DNA of 64,000 nt from Candidatus Multivoradales bacterium (GCA_965248925.1 CBDFLE010000005.1:32001-96000); one strand, 5' to 3'; shown: positions 1-9,086, counted from the first letter of the stretch. Notes: generated by a model not told the origin, from the letters alone. Translations and numbers: made by a program.

Positions 1-1
1 T

Positions 2-3000
2 CAGCGGCAAGCGATCTCGGGCGGCGGCGCCCCGATCGACCTGGTGAGTGAATTCGACTACGACGCCAACGGTCAGGTCACGGAGACCCGCCTCTCCTAC
101 AGTGGCGGCGGGATGACCGCGACTCGCTTCACTTACGGAATTCTCGGCGAGCTACTGCGCAGCGAGCGCGAGGTCGAGACCGGCGGGGTGGCGATCCTCG
201 AGACCGTAGCGTACGACTCCCATCTCAACCCGACTCGCATCGTCGATGGTGTCGGTGGGGTCACCTTGCTGCAGTACGACGCCCGCAGCCTACCGCTCCG
301 CAAGACCAGCGGGGCGGGTACGGCGGCGGAGATCTCAGAGGAGTACTACTACGACGCCGACGGCCGGCTGGTGGTCTACACCGATGCTCGCCAACAAGTT
401 TGGCGTACTGAGTACGACGGCTTGGGACGCCCCGCGGCGCAGATCAATCCGCTGGGAGAGCGCACCGAGACCGAGTACACCCCAGGTAACCTGCCAATCC
501 GCAAACGCCGCTTGAGTGCCTCGGGCGTCTTGAAGAGCGAGCAGCAATGGCAGTGGGACGTGCGTGCTCGGCAGACCCGCGGATTTGCTCATCTGTGGGC
601 CTATGGCGAGGGTGGCGGCGATGGCGAAGCTCATCAGCAGCTGACGACAGAGTTAACTTACGATGCCATCTCGAATCTGCTCACCGTCGAGGGTCCTGGC
701 ATCTCGTTGGAGCATCGCTACGACTCGGCGGGGCGGCGGACCTTCTCGCAAGACCAGGCCGGCAACATCGTCGAGCTGGACCTCGACCCGCTAGGTCTGG
801 TCACCACCCAACGCCACATCGAGCAGCTCGCCGAGGGGGGCACCGCGACCGTCGAGAACACCTTCACCCACGACGCTTTGGGCCGTCCGCTGAGCGAGAG
901 TCTGCCGCACGGTGGCAGCCGCAGCTGGCAATATGACGTCCGTGGCAACCTGACTCGTTTTGCCGACGCCGACGGCCGCGTCTGGACCTGGCAATACGAC
1001 GGCCTCGACCGCCGGCTCGCCGAGCAGGCTCCGGGAGGTGTTGACCTCAGCCACACCTATGACCAGGCTTCGCGGCCGCTGACCTACACCGACGCTCTCG
1101 GTAACCAGACCCGCTGGGTCTACGACATTCTGGGTCGGCGCACCGACTGGCTGCTCAACGGCGTCGGAGTAGAGATCTACGGCCACGACGAGAGCGGCAA
1201 CCCAACCTCCATCCTGCGCGCCGACGGCAGCCGCATCGACCAGAGTTTCGATGCCGCCGGCCGGCTGATCAGCCGCCAGATCAACCTCCCTGACGGCACC
1301 CTGGGCGAGGCCGAGAGCTACGCCCATGACGCCCTGGGGCGGATCACTCAGCAAACCGCGGGCGGCATCTCCACCCAGCACAGCTTCGACTCGTTGTCGC
1401 GGCTGACCGCCGAGACCACCGCTGGCCTCACCGTCGGTTACCAGCACGATGCCGCCGGCAACTTGATTCAGATCACCTATCCCTCGGGTCGCCGGGTCGA
1501 CATCGTGCCCGACGGGCTCAATCGCCCCTCCACGGTCGCCTGGGCGGCGCCTGGGCCGCCCGAAGTCAAGGTGCGCTACGGCTACCGCGGCGGCAACCTG
1601 ATGTCCTCCCGCAGCTTGGCCCAGCTCACCGGAGTGAAGACTTTTGATGCCGGCCGGCGCACCGCCGGCTGGCAAGTCCAGGATGCCGGCAACCAGCTGT
1701 TGCTCGGCGAAAGCCTGACCTGGACCCCCGGCTCGCGGCTGGCCACCGCCACCCGCACCGATTTAGGTGGTCTCACCCGTCGTTACGGCTACCAGGACGG
1801 TCGCTTGATCTCGGCCATCCAGACTGGCGGCCCGGCCTCCAGCACCCCGGCCACCACCGGCTGGGCCGACATTCCCGAGAGCTTCACCTACAGCTACGAC
1901 CGAGCCCAGAATCTGCTGGGGATGGACTTCGCACAAAGCTGCGCAGCCACCCAGGTCGCCCTACCGCTGGATGCCAGCGGCTGGAACCGCCCGGCTTCAG
2001 TAGCCGGCGAAGCGCTCCAGTGGACCGCTCGCCAGGAGCTGGCGAGCAAAGGAAACTTCAACTTCACTTACAGCTGGGACCACCGTCCGATCGAACTCAG
2101 GCGCAACGGGGTGACGATCGCCTCCTACAAATACGACTCCCAGGGACGCCGGGTAGAGCGCAAAGTCGGCGCCGACACCTACACCACCGTCTGGTCCGGC
2201 TGGCAGCCGATCGAAGAGTACAAGAACGGTCTATTGCACAGCCGCCGCACCTACGGCGTCGGCCTCGATGAACTCATTCGCCTCGAAAGCGACCTCGACG
2301 GCGACGGTGTTCTAGAGCAGGAATACCTGCCCTTCTACGACACGATCGGCAACCTCGTCCTACTCACCAACGAGGCCGGCAAGCCCATCGAACGCTACGC
2401 CTACGGCCCCTACGGTCGGCAGTGGATCGTCGCCGACTCGACAGCGCCGGTAGTCGAGCAGATCCGCATGAAAGGCGACGAGCTGTGGCTCGAACTCTCA
2501 GAAGAAGTGCGGCTCGACCGCCTGCAAGCCGCCGCAAGTGCCGGCACGCTGACGCTGGTCAACGCCCTCGGCGAAGAGATCAGCTTGCAGATCGAGCAGC
2601 CCGTCGACAGCGGCCGCGCCGCCCGGCGGCGCGTGGTGCTCAGCGAGCTGCCGAGTCAGAACCCCTCACGCTGGCCAGCGGCGGGAGAGATTGCCACCCT
2701 GACCATCCCAGCCGGAGCCCTGGTCGACCTCTTCGAAAACAAAGGCGCTGCCGTAGCCGAAGCCATGACTTGGCCGGCCATCGCGGACGAGATCCACAGC
2801 GACACAGCCCCTCCCCAGCTGCTCCAGGCTTGCGTCACGCCGCAGAGAAAAGTCGAACTGGAATTCAGCGAGCCCCTCGACGAAGCGACCCTCAACACCA
2901 TTCAGCTCAACAGCGTGGCAACCACCTGGACCGTCTCCGCCGATGGCTACCGCCTGACCAGCGGCGCCCTCGCGGTCGGCTCCAACACCCTGCTGGTAGA

Positions 3001-4213
3001 CGGCGAACTGAAAGACCTCGCCGGCACCTCGCTAGCCGGCACCGTGAGCGAGAGCTTCATCGTCAGCCAGGGTCAGGGCTCGATCATCCACAGCGCCCCC
3101 TACCCTGGCCAGATCTCCACCTCGGCTACCGGTAACCCGTTTGGCTTCAAGGGCTTGCCGCGAGACCCGGAGAGTGGGCTGATCTATGTGCGCAACCGCT
3201 ACTACGATCCAGAAATGGGCCGGTGGATTACCTCCGATCCTCTGGGACTCGTCGATGGGCCGGGGCAGTATGCCTTTGTCGGCGGGGATCCGGTGAATTT
3301 TGGCGACCCGATGGGACTCTTCAATGTCGGGTTGGGGCCGTGTGGTGCAGTTGTAGATGCCGAGAGGCGAGCAGAGTGCCTGGCGAAGTCTCGGTTGGGG
3401 GCTCAGCAGTTTGACCAGGCTGTCACTACCGCGTTAGCCAATCCCTATGTACAGGGCAGCCTTCAAGTCATCGGTGGTTGTACCGAAGCAATTGTCGGAG
3501 GTGCTGCCGTGCTTTCCGGTGTGGGTGCTCTGCCGGGTGGTCTCGCTCTTGCCCATGGCACCGACCTGTGCGGAACGGGGATCATCACGCTCATCGTGGG
3601 CGAGACTCAGGAGACTCTCTTCTACCAGGGTGCAACAGCTGGCTTGGTGGCAACCGGAGTCGATCCATACTATGCTGGTTGGGTTGCGGCAGGGCTCGAT
3701 ATCGGAGCAGGCGTTGGCGCTTCTTGGGCTGTTGGGCGCTCGTTTGCGCGAGCGTCCAGACGGGCGAATAAGAGGCGTGTTTCAAAGCGTGGCTTCATTC
3801 ACCAATCCTCTCGGGACTTTTCTGCCTGGCGCCTAAACCGGGGTCGGCGGATGGTCACTCGGTGGAGAGGAACGGTCTATGATTCCAATATTCGAGCTTT
3901 GAGAGAAGGGTGGCTGGAGTCACCTGCAGGCCGATATGCAGATCTACCAGGGGGGGCGCCGCCGATCGTGTCAGACAATCCATGGAAAAGGTTTCAACAG
4001 ATGAGAGCGCATTCCAGGAACAGTTTTTTCCCTGATCTCAGTCCCTTTGTGTCAATTGCGCGAGACCCGGTTAAGGCGGGAAAATTCGGGATACTTTTCC
4101 GGTTTAGAATTCGTAGGATGGATATCCATCGGGCATGGTGGAGTTATTACAATGAGACTGAAGACGTTGTGAGGCACGGCACGCGTATTTTCAAGTTGGA
4201 GGAGTTGCGTTGA
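2..4213 (+). CDS. RHS/YD-repeat polymorphic toxin (5'-partial, core type B) with putative ADP-ribosyltransferase C-terminal tip
   Basis: YD repeats; core motif 'NPFGFKGLPRDPESGLIYVRNRYYDPEMGRWITSDPLG...DPMG'; frame is open from base 2; near-identical to 24788-28100; tip has RWRG / SPFVS / ETE motifs. Confidence 0.9.
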   Translation, partial: QRQAISGGGAPIDLVSEFDYDANGQVTETRLSYSGGGMTATRFTYGILGELLRSEREVETGGVAILETVAYDSHLNPTRIVDGVGGVTLLQYDARSLPLRKTSGAGTAAEISEEYYYDADGRLVVYTDARQQVWRTEYDGLGRPAAQINPLGERTETEYTPGNLPIRKRRLSASGVLKSEQQWQWDVRARQTRGFAHLWAYGEGGGDGEAHQQLTTELTYDAISNLLTVEGPGISLEHRYDSAGRRTFSQDQAGNIVELDLDPLGLVTTQRHIEQLAEGGTATVENTFTHDALGRPLSESLPHGGSRSWQYDVRGNLTRFADADGRVWTWQYDGLDRRLAEQAPGGVDLSHTYDQASRPLTYTDALGNQTRWVYDILGRRTDWLLNGVGVEIYGHDESGNPTSILRADGSRIDQSFDAAGRLISRQINLPDGTLGEAESYAHDALGRITQQTAGGISTQHSFDSLSRLTAETTAGLTVGYQHDAAGNLIQITYPSGRRVDIVPDGLNRPSTVAWAAPGPPEVKVRYGYRGGNLMSSRSLAQLTGVKTFDAGRRTAGWQVQDAGNQLLLGESLTWTPGSRLATATRTDLGGLTRRYGYQDGRLISAIQTGGPASSTPATTGWADIPESFTYSYDRAQNLLGMDFAQSCAATQVALPLDASGWNRPASVAGEALQWTARQELASKGNFNFTYSWDHRPIELRRNGVTIASYKYDSQGRRVERKVGADTYTTVWSGWQPIEEYKNGLLHSRRTYGVGLDELIRLESDLDGDGVLEQEYLPFYDTIGNLVLLTNEAGKPIERYAYGPYGRQWIVADSTAPVVEQIRMKGDELWLELSEEVRLDRLQAAASAGTLTLVNALGEEISLQIEQPVDSGRAARRRVVLSELPSQNPSRWPAAGEIATLTIPAGALVDLFENKGAAVAEAMTWPAIADEIHSDTAPPQLLQACVTPQRKVELEFSEPLDEATLNTIQLNSVATTWTVSADGYRLTSGALAVGSNTLLVDGELKDLAGTSLAGTVSESFIVSQGQGSIIHSAPYPGQISTSATGNPFGFKGLPRDPESGLIYVRNRYYDPEMGRWITSDPLGLVDGPGQYAFVGGDPVNFGDPMGLFNVGLGPCGAVVDAERRAECLAKSRLGAQQFDQAVTTALANPYVQGSLQVIGGCTEAIVGGAAVLSGVGALPGGLALAHGTDLCGTGIITLIVGETQETLFYQGATAGLVATGVDPYYAGWVAAGLDIGAGVGASWAVGRSFARASRRANKRRVSKRGFIHQSSRDFSAWRLNRGRRMVTRWRGTVYDSNIRALREGWLESPAGRYADLPGGAPPIVSDNPWKRFQQMRAHSRNSFFPDLSPFVSIARDPVKAGKFGILFRFRIRRMDIHRAWWSYYNETEDVVRHGTRIFKLEELR

Positions 4214-4644
4214 GTGAGCTTCAATTGGTACTCGCCACATTTTCTTATTCTGAAGATGAGCAAGAGGCTTTTCCTTACCTAAAGAGGTATATGACCAAAG
4301 TTATTCCGCTGCTTGGGGAAAGTCTTAGGGAGATTTCAACTAGGAATAACTTTATGCTTGCTGGGCTGTTCTTGACATATCGGGCGTGCAATCATCTGGG
4401 ATGCAATATTTCTACTGATATGGGCGAAATTTCGCTTCTGGACATTCACATGAAAAGACTTGAACTCTTCCGTAGGGTTTCAGGGGTCCACATTGAGAGC
4501 ACACGTCATTATCTGGAGTTGATTGACTTCAAGAAACATAAGTCACTATTTCGAGGCCCTGGCTCGATGTTGTTGAGGTTTGTGGCTAGTTCCGTCCGCC
4601 GAGATCGCATGTCCCGTCCGCCGCGTCCGCGATCAAAATCGTAG
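4210..4644 (+). CDS. Putative immunity protein for RHS tip 1; last 11 codons come from the element end
   Basis: Low-GC ORF overlapping the toxin stop; C-terminus SRPPRPRSKS* is encoded by the repeat starting at 4610. Confidence 0.7.
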   Translation: MSELQLVLATFSYSEDEQEAFPYLKRYMTKVIPLLGESLREISTRNNFMLAGLFLTYRACNHLGCNISTDMGEISLLDIHMKRLELFRRVSGVHIESTRHYLELIDFKKHKSLFRGPGSMLLRFVASSVRRDRMSRPPRPRSKS

Positions 4645-5105
4645 CCAAACGGCCACTTTATTGGTCGCCTGCCTTCGTTGATGGACCCGCTCCTTGTCGC
4701 TCCTCTTCAGCTCACGCCGAGAATTTCCCAGACCGACGGCGATCTTCGCTAGTTGCCGAGAATCCGAGGCGCCTGAGCGAGCCTCACCGTGGACAGCGCG
4801 TCGCAGCAGCCCATCAACTCGCCAGCCTGAGCCGCTCTACTTGGGCGCATAGAAGCCAGAGAGCACTCCTTGCCAGGCGGTCATGAATCGTAGGTGCCCC
4901 CGTGAGGGCTTGCGGCCGGTCCAGATCTCGGCTGGCGTGTAGCCATCGAGGCTTTGGTGCGGGCGCAGTTCGTTGTACCAAAACCGGAAGACATCCAGCT
5001 GCCGCTGGGCCTTGCGGCCCGCTGGCAGCGGCTCGCGCCGCCGCCGCAGGCGCTCTTTGAAGGTACCGAAGAACCGTTCGACGCGGCCGTTCTGCCAGGG
5101 CGAGG
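4610..5105 (-). pseudogene. 496-bp remnant of the integrase element (terminus plus 3' part of the integrase gene)
   Basis: Near-identical direct copy of 5106-5601, cut off by a second TGTCCCGTCC end at 5106. Confidence 0.9.
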
Positions 5106-5332
5106 TGTCCCGTCCGCCGCGTCCGCGATCAAAATCGTAGCCAAACGGCCACTTTATTGGTCGCCTGCCTTCGTTGATGGACCCGCTCCTTGTCGCTCCT
5201 CTTCAGCTCACGCCGAGAATTTCCCAGACCGACGGCGATCTTCGCTAGCTGCCGAGAATCCGAGGCGCCTGAGCGAGCCTCACCGTGGACAGCGCGTCGC
5301 AGCAGCCCATCAACTCGCCAGCCTGAGCCGCT

Positions 5333-6247
5333 CTACTTGGGCGCATAGAAGCCAGAGAGCACTCCTTGCCAGGCGGTCATGAATCGTAGGTGCCCCCGTG
5401 AGGGCTTGCGGCCGGTCCAGATCTCGGCTGGCGTGTAGCCATCGAGGCTTTGGTGCGGGCGCAGTTCGTTGTACCAAAACCGGAAGACATCCAGCTGCCG
5501 CTGGGCCTTGCGGCCCGCTGGCAGCGGCTCGCGCCGCCGCCGCAGGCGCTCTTTGAAGGTACCGAAGAACCGTTCGACGCGGCCGTTCTGCCAGGGCGAG
5601 GCCAGCTGGGTGCGCTGGTGGCGAATACCCAGTATGGCCAGCGAAAGCCGGAAGATCCAAGATGTAAAGACTGGCTCGTTGTCAGTGCGCAAGCACTTTG
5701 GCTTGCCGCATAGCTCGATCGTGTTGAGCAGCTGGCGAACCAGCTCAATGGAGGCTTTGGTCTTCACCGTCTGAAGGCTCAAGCAGAGCCGAGTGCCGTG
5801 GTCGAGCAGGCCGAAGATGGTTTCTTCCTTGCCGGAGGTGTTGTCGGCGTAGGTGAGATCGGCGGCCCAGATCAGCCGCTTGCCGCCGATCCCAGGTTTT
5901 CTCCTGCGGATCTTCCGGCGCCAAGCGAGAATCTCCAGCTGGTGCTCGTTGAAGATCTTTGCAACGTAGCTCTTGCCCACCGTCATTCGGCGATGGCGGT
6001 AGTTGCGATTGAAGGCTGCCGCGATCGCCCTACAGCCATCGTCGGGCTGCAACGCCTTGAGCCGGATCACCGCTTGGCGCACCCACTTGGGCTTGCGCCG
6101 GCAGAAGCCGCGATAAGTCGTTGGGTCGGGTGGACACTTGGCTCGGCGGCGGTGCTTCGCCCTGGGTTGCAGGGCGAGCGAAGTGAGCGCAAGAATCAGA
6201 AGCAACACGAACGCCCAGAGCAGGGCGCCGGCAAGATCAGAAGTCAT
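5333..6247 (-). CDS. rve/DDE integrase-transposase (IS481/IS3-like core) with N-terminal hydrophobic segment and HTH-like region
   Basis: WAADLT (D), RTDN (D), PWQNGRVERFFGTFK (E), WYNELRPHQSLDGYTP. Confidence 0.9.
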   Translation of the reverse strand: MTSDLAGALLWAFVLLLILALTSLALQPRAKHRRRAKCPPDPTTYRGFCRRKPKWVRQAVIRLKALQPDDGCRAIAAAFNRNYRHRRMTVGKSYVAKIFNEHQLEILAWRRKIRRRKPGIGGKRLIWAADLTYADNTSGKEETIFGLLDHGTRLCLSLQTVKTKASIELVRQLLNTIELCGKPKCLRTDNEPVFTSWIFRLSLAILGIRHQRTQLASPWQNGRVERFFGTFKERLRRRREPLPAGRKAQRQLDVFRFWYNELRPHQSLDGYTPAEIWTGRKPSRGHLRFMTAWQGVLSGFYAPK

Positions 6248-6297
6248 TCCTTGAGAATACCGATCTCACGCAGCCTAGCCCGAGGTGCCGCGCTGCC

Positions 6298-6765
6298 TCA
6301 CGTATCACCTCCCGAATGCCAGAAGCCCGGCTTGTGCAACTCCAGCACGAAGTCCACCTCGGCGGCCCTCGTCTCGTAGTCACGCCGCTCCTTCGCCGCC
6401 GCGATCCTGGCGGCGATCTCGCTGGCCAGGTGCTCTCCCTTGCCGGGTCGCGTCGGCAAAGCTTCTCTGGCCACATCGCGGAGGACTTGCTCCACCAGCG
6501 CCCGGTCCTTCTTCTTCGGGTCGCTAGCGTGGTTGAGAAACCACAGGATCAGCGCCGCGGGCTCGAGGAAGCGGTGGTTGACCGCGGCCAGGAAGGCCGC
6601 GGTCAGCTCTTCGATCGGTACGCTGGCAGAAAGCTTAATCTCAGCCAGGCTGTCGATGCTGGAATGATTGAGTCGCTGGTTGGCGCCGGTGACCTGAGCG
6701 GCGATCTGGCGTACTGTCTGGTGGATCTGTTCGGTGGTCATAGGCTTTCTGGACAGAGTGGCCAT
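6298..6765 (-). CDS. Hypothetical 155-aa helical protein of the element
   Basis: AGGAGG RBS; conserved in copy 2; co-oriented upstream of the integrase. Confidence 0.7.
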   Translation of the reverse strand: MATLSRKPMTTEQIHQTVRQIAAQVTGANQRLNHSSIDSLAEIKLSASVPIEELTAAFLAAVNHRFLEPAALILWFLNHASDPKKKDRALVEQVLRDVAREALPTRPGKGEHLASEIAARIAAAKERRDYETRAAEVDFVLELHKPGFWHSGGDT

Positions 6766-6790
6766 TCTGGTGTTCCTCCTAGGTGATCTA

Positions 6791-7096
6791 TTATTGGCGG
6801 ATATTGACGCCGAAGCCGATGGCCATGGTTTCGATGGCTTGGGCCAGGGCGATGTGTTGCTCGGTGAGTTCGGCCTCCGGCGTGGCGGGCAGCTTGAGGG
6901 TCAGCAAAGTGCCTCGTAGATGAACTTCGATCGTTGCCCTCTGACACACCACGAAAGCCAGGAGCTGGCGCAGGAATCGGTAGGCGGCGGGGAAGTCGAC
7001 GAACTCTAGCCGCTGGGCAATAACCTGTGGATTGTCTTCGCTCTGGCGCCAATGTACAAGGCGCCCTAGCCCGAGCTGAATTCGTTCGGGTTTCAT
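6791..7096 (-). CDS. Pterin-4a-carbinolamine dehydratase (PCD/DCoH)-like protein lacking the HHP motif
   Basis: Pattern 'IQLGLGRLVHWRQ...LEFVDFPAAYRFL...LTEQHIALAQAIE' resembles the PCD fold; AAGGAG RBS. Confidence 0.6.
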   Translation of the reverse strand: MKPERIQLGLGRLVHWRQSEDNPQVIAQRLEFVDFPAAYRFLRQLLAFVVCQRATIEVHLRGTLLTLKLPATPEAELTEQHIALAQAIETMAIGFGVNIRQ

Positions 7097-7114
7097 TCAC
7101 AATACTCCTTGAGG

Positions 7115-7480
7115 TCACGGTTCAAGAAAAAGCACCCTCCGGGCAGCAGGGGCTGATTCTGCCCGGAGGGGTGGAGTCGCCGTGGTTGGGGAGGGACCAC
7201 CACGGCCATCACAGGGACTCAGGGAGCGAGCGAGGTCGAAATCTTCCGGCCGCAGACGGGCCGGTGCCACCGGCCCGATCCGTACCGAGACCCAGCGGCC
7301 GACCATCGCGGCTCTGGGTTCTAGGTTGGTGAGTTCACCGCGATAAAACACCCACTCGACGAAGATCAGGGAATCGCGCCAAGAGTCAAAGAGGTATTTG
7401 CGGGTGATCTTTTGTTGCCCTTTGATTTGTCGCCAATCGGGTAGGGTGTTTAGGGCCTGTTGGATCTCTTCATCGGTCAT
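7115..7480 (-). CDS. Second PCD/DCoH-like protein lacking the HHP motif
   Basis: 'MTDEEIQQALNTLPDWRQ...ITRKYLFDSWRDSLIFVEWV...EDFDLARSL'; AAGGAG RBS before the ATG at 7480. Confidence 0.6.
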   Translation of the reverse strand: MTDEEIQQALNTLPDWRQIKGQQKITRKYLFDSWRDSLIFVEWVFYRGELTNLEPRAAMVGRWVSVRIGPVAPARLRPEDFDLARSLSPCDGRGGPSPTTATPPLRAESAPAARRVLFLEP

Positions 7481-7754
7481 CACTCTCTCCTTGGGTCTAG
7501 GAGGATGGTAAAGCCAACAGATTTGATCTGTGCAAATGATCTGGGCTGCGCTATATCCTGGAGCTGTGCATCTTGGACCTCCGCCTCCGAGGTCCATTCA
7601 GGAGTCAAAGAACCCGATATTGGACTCTGAGTGCACACTGGTTTGACATGGCTGCGCACTCTCGTGCAGCTTTGATGTTTTTCGCTCCAAGATTTCGGGG
7701 CGAGTCCAACGATGCGCTATACTTTGCCCCTGATCCAACTATCTGGAGGAGAGC

Positions 7755-9086
7755 ATGTCAGAAGTTCTATATCTATCCGACCATCAGCGGCTCCTAACTA
7801 CACTGAGAACGCATGTGCGGCGGCATCCGAGGTCACTTCAGGCTATCGAGAGGCGCCTCGGGTGGTCGCGTTCCTATCTGTCTCGCAAGCTTGGCGGTGC
7901 AATTTCCCTTTCTACGGAGCAGCTGCTGGAGATTCTTAAGATCGTTGATTTGAATCTGAGCGAGCTAGAAGCGAAGGCATCCTGGGTTGATGTCGAGGGC
8001 CTCCTTGAGGGTCTGCTGCCTGAAGGAAGTCGAAATCCAGCTCCGATTGTGGAGTTGCGACGAGTAGCTCGGGAGCTGGCGGAACGGGACGGGGTCATAG
8101 GCGAGAACATCGAAGTTGTTGAACCTCACTTGTCGACTCTGCTAGCTGTCGATCGGTTACGATTCTCTCATCCGTGGCCTGCTGCGAGACAAGCCTTCGC
8201 CGTGGCGGCTCATGTGGCTCCTGCGATCAATGGAGACGAAGCAAAGGAAATATTCTCTCGGGCCGCAGGCGTGTACGCTTCCTGTTGTCGAATGGGCGGT
8301 TCGCCAGAAGACGGAGTCCGCGCCATCCTTGTTGCCTTGTCCGCAGCGGGTTCGTCAAACCCGCAACTTCGAGCCTCGCTCATGGAGCGCGCTGCCTATC
8401 TGCTGATTTCTTTCGCTCAGAACCTCAAGGCGATTGCGGTATTTGATTTGGCGGATTCGATCAATATTGGAACTGGTGATCGATCTTGCCGAGGCCGGCT
8501 TGCCGTGGGGCGAGGTGTAGCTTGGCATCTGGAGAACGAGTTTCAGTTGTCAGCTACAGAGTTTCTATCGGCTTTGCAGCTTCTCAGTAATTGTGAGCAG
8601 GTATTTGCCGGATCGGCTCATCAATGTCTTGGGCAAGTTAGAATGGATGAAGGGGATCTCATCGGGGCTGCACGAGAAATCGAATTTGCCAGAACGTTGC
8701 TAGCCGATGGTGACGTGTATAGCCTAGGTATTGTAGAATGGACGGCTGCTCGTCTGGCTAGCAAGTGTGGTCAGTCGGAGCAGGCTGAATTGTTGTTTCG
8801 AGGAGCTGTCGACAACTTGATGAAGATCAATCCGTTCGACACCACTTTGGTCTGTCTAGATTGGGTTAAGTTGCTTCTTGAAAAAGGTGAAGCCGCCGAT
8901 GCCGTCTTGACAGCCAGGAGAACGGCTAGGTTAATTGAGCAATTCGAATCGAATCCGATTGCGGGTAGAACTATCCTGGAATTGAAGAAGGCATCTCTGA
9001 GGGGGCAGCTGACGTTCAGACTTGTAGGAGCGGCCCGGATGAGTATCGAGAGTGGGCGCTGCCTAGGCATACGCCCACTCTTTTGA
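7755..9086 (+). CDS. XRE-like HTH plus TPR-like helical-repeat protein (putative regulator)
   Basis: N-terminal 'SLQAIERRLGWSRSYLSRKLGG'; Ala/Leu-rich helical repeats; GGAGGAG RBS; divergent from the integrase operon. Confidence 0.7.
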   Translation: MSEVLYLSDHQRLLTTLRTHVRRHPRSLQAIERRLGWSRSYLSRKLGGAISLSTEQLLEILKIVDLNLSELEAKASWVDVEGLLEGLLPEGSRNPAPIVELRRVARELAERDGVIGENIEVVEPHLSTLLAVDRLRFSHPWPAARQAFAVAAHVAPAINGDEAKEIFSRAAGVYASCCRMGGSPEDGVRAILVALSAAGSSNPQLRASLMERAAYLLISFAQNLKAIAVFDLADSINIGTGDRSCRGRLAVGRGVAWHLENEFQLSATEFLSALQLLSNCEQVFAGSAHQCLGQVRMDEGDLIGAAREIEFARTLLADGDVYSLGIVEWTAARLASKCGQSEQAELLFRGAVDNLMKINPFDTTLVCLDWVKLLLEKGEAADAVLTARRTARLIEQFESNPIAGRTILELKKASLRGQLTFRLVGAARMSIESGRCLGIRPLF

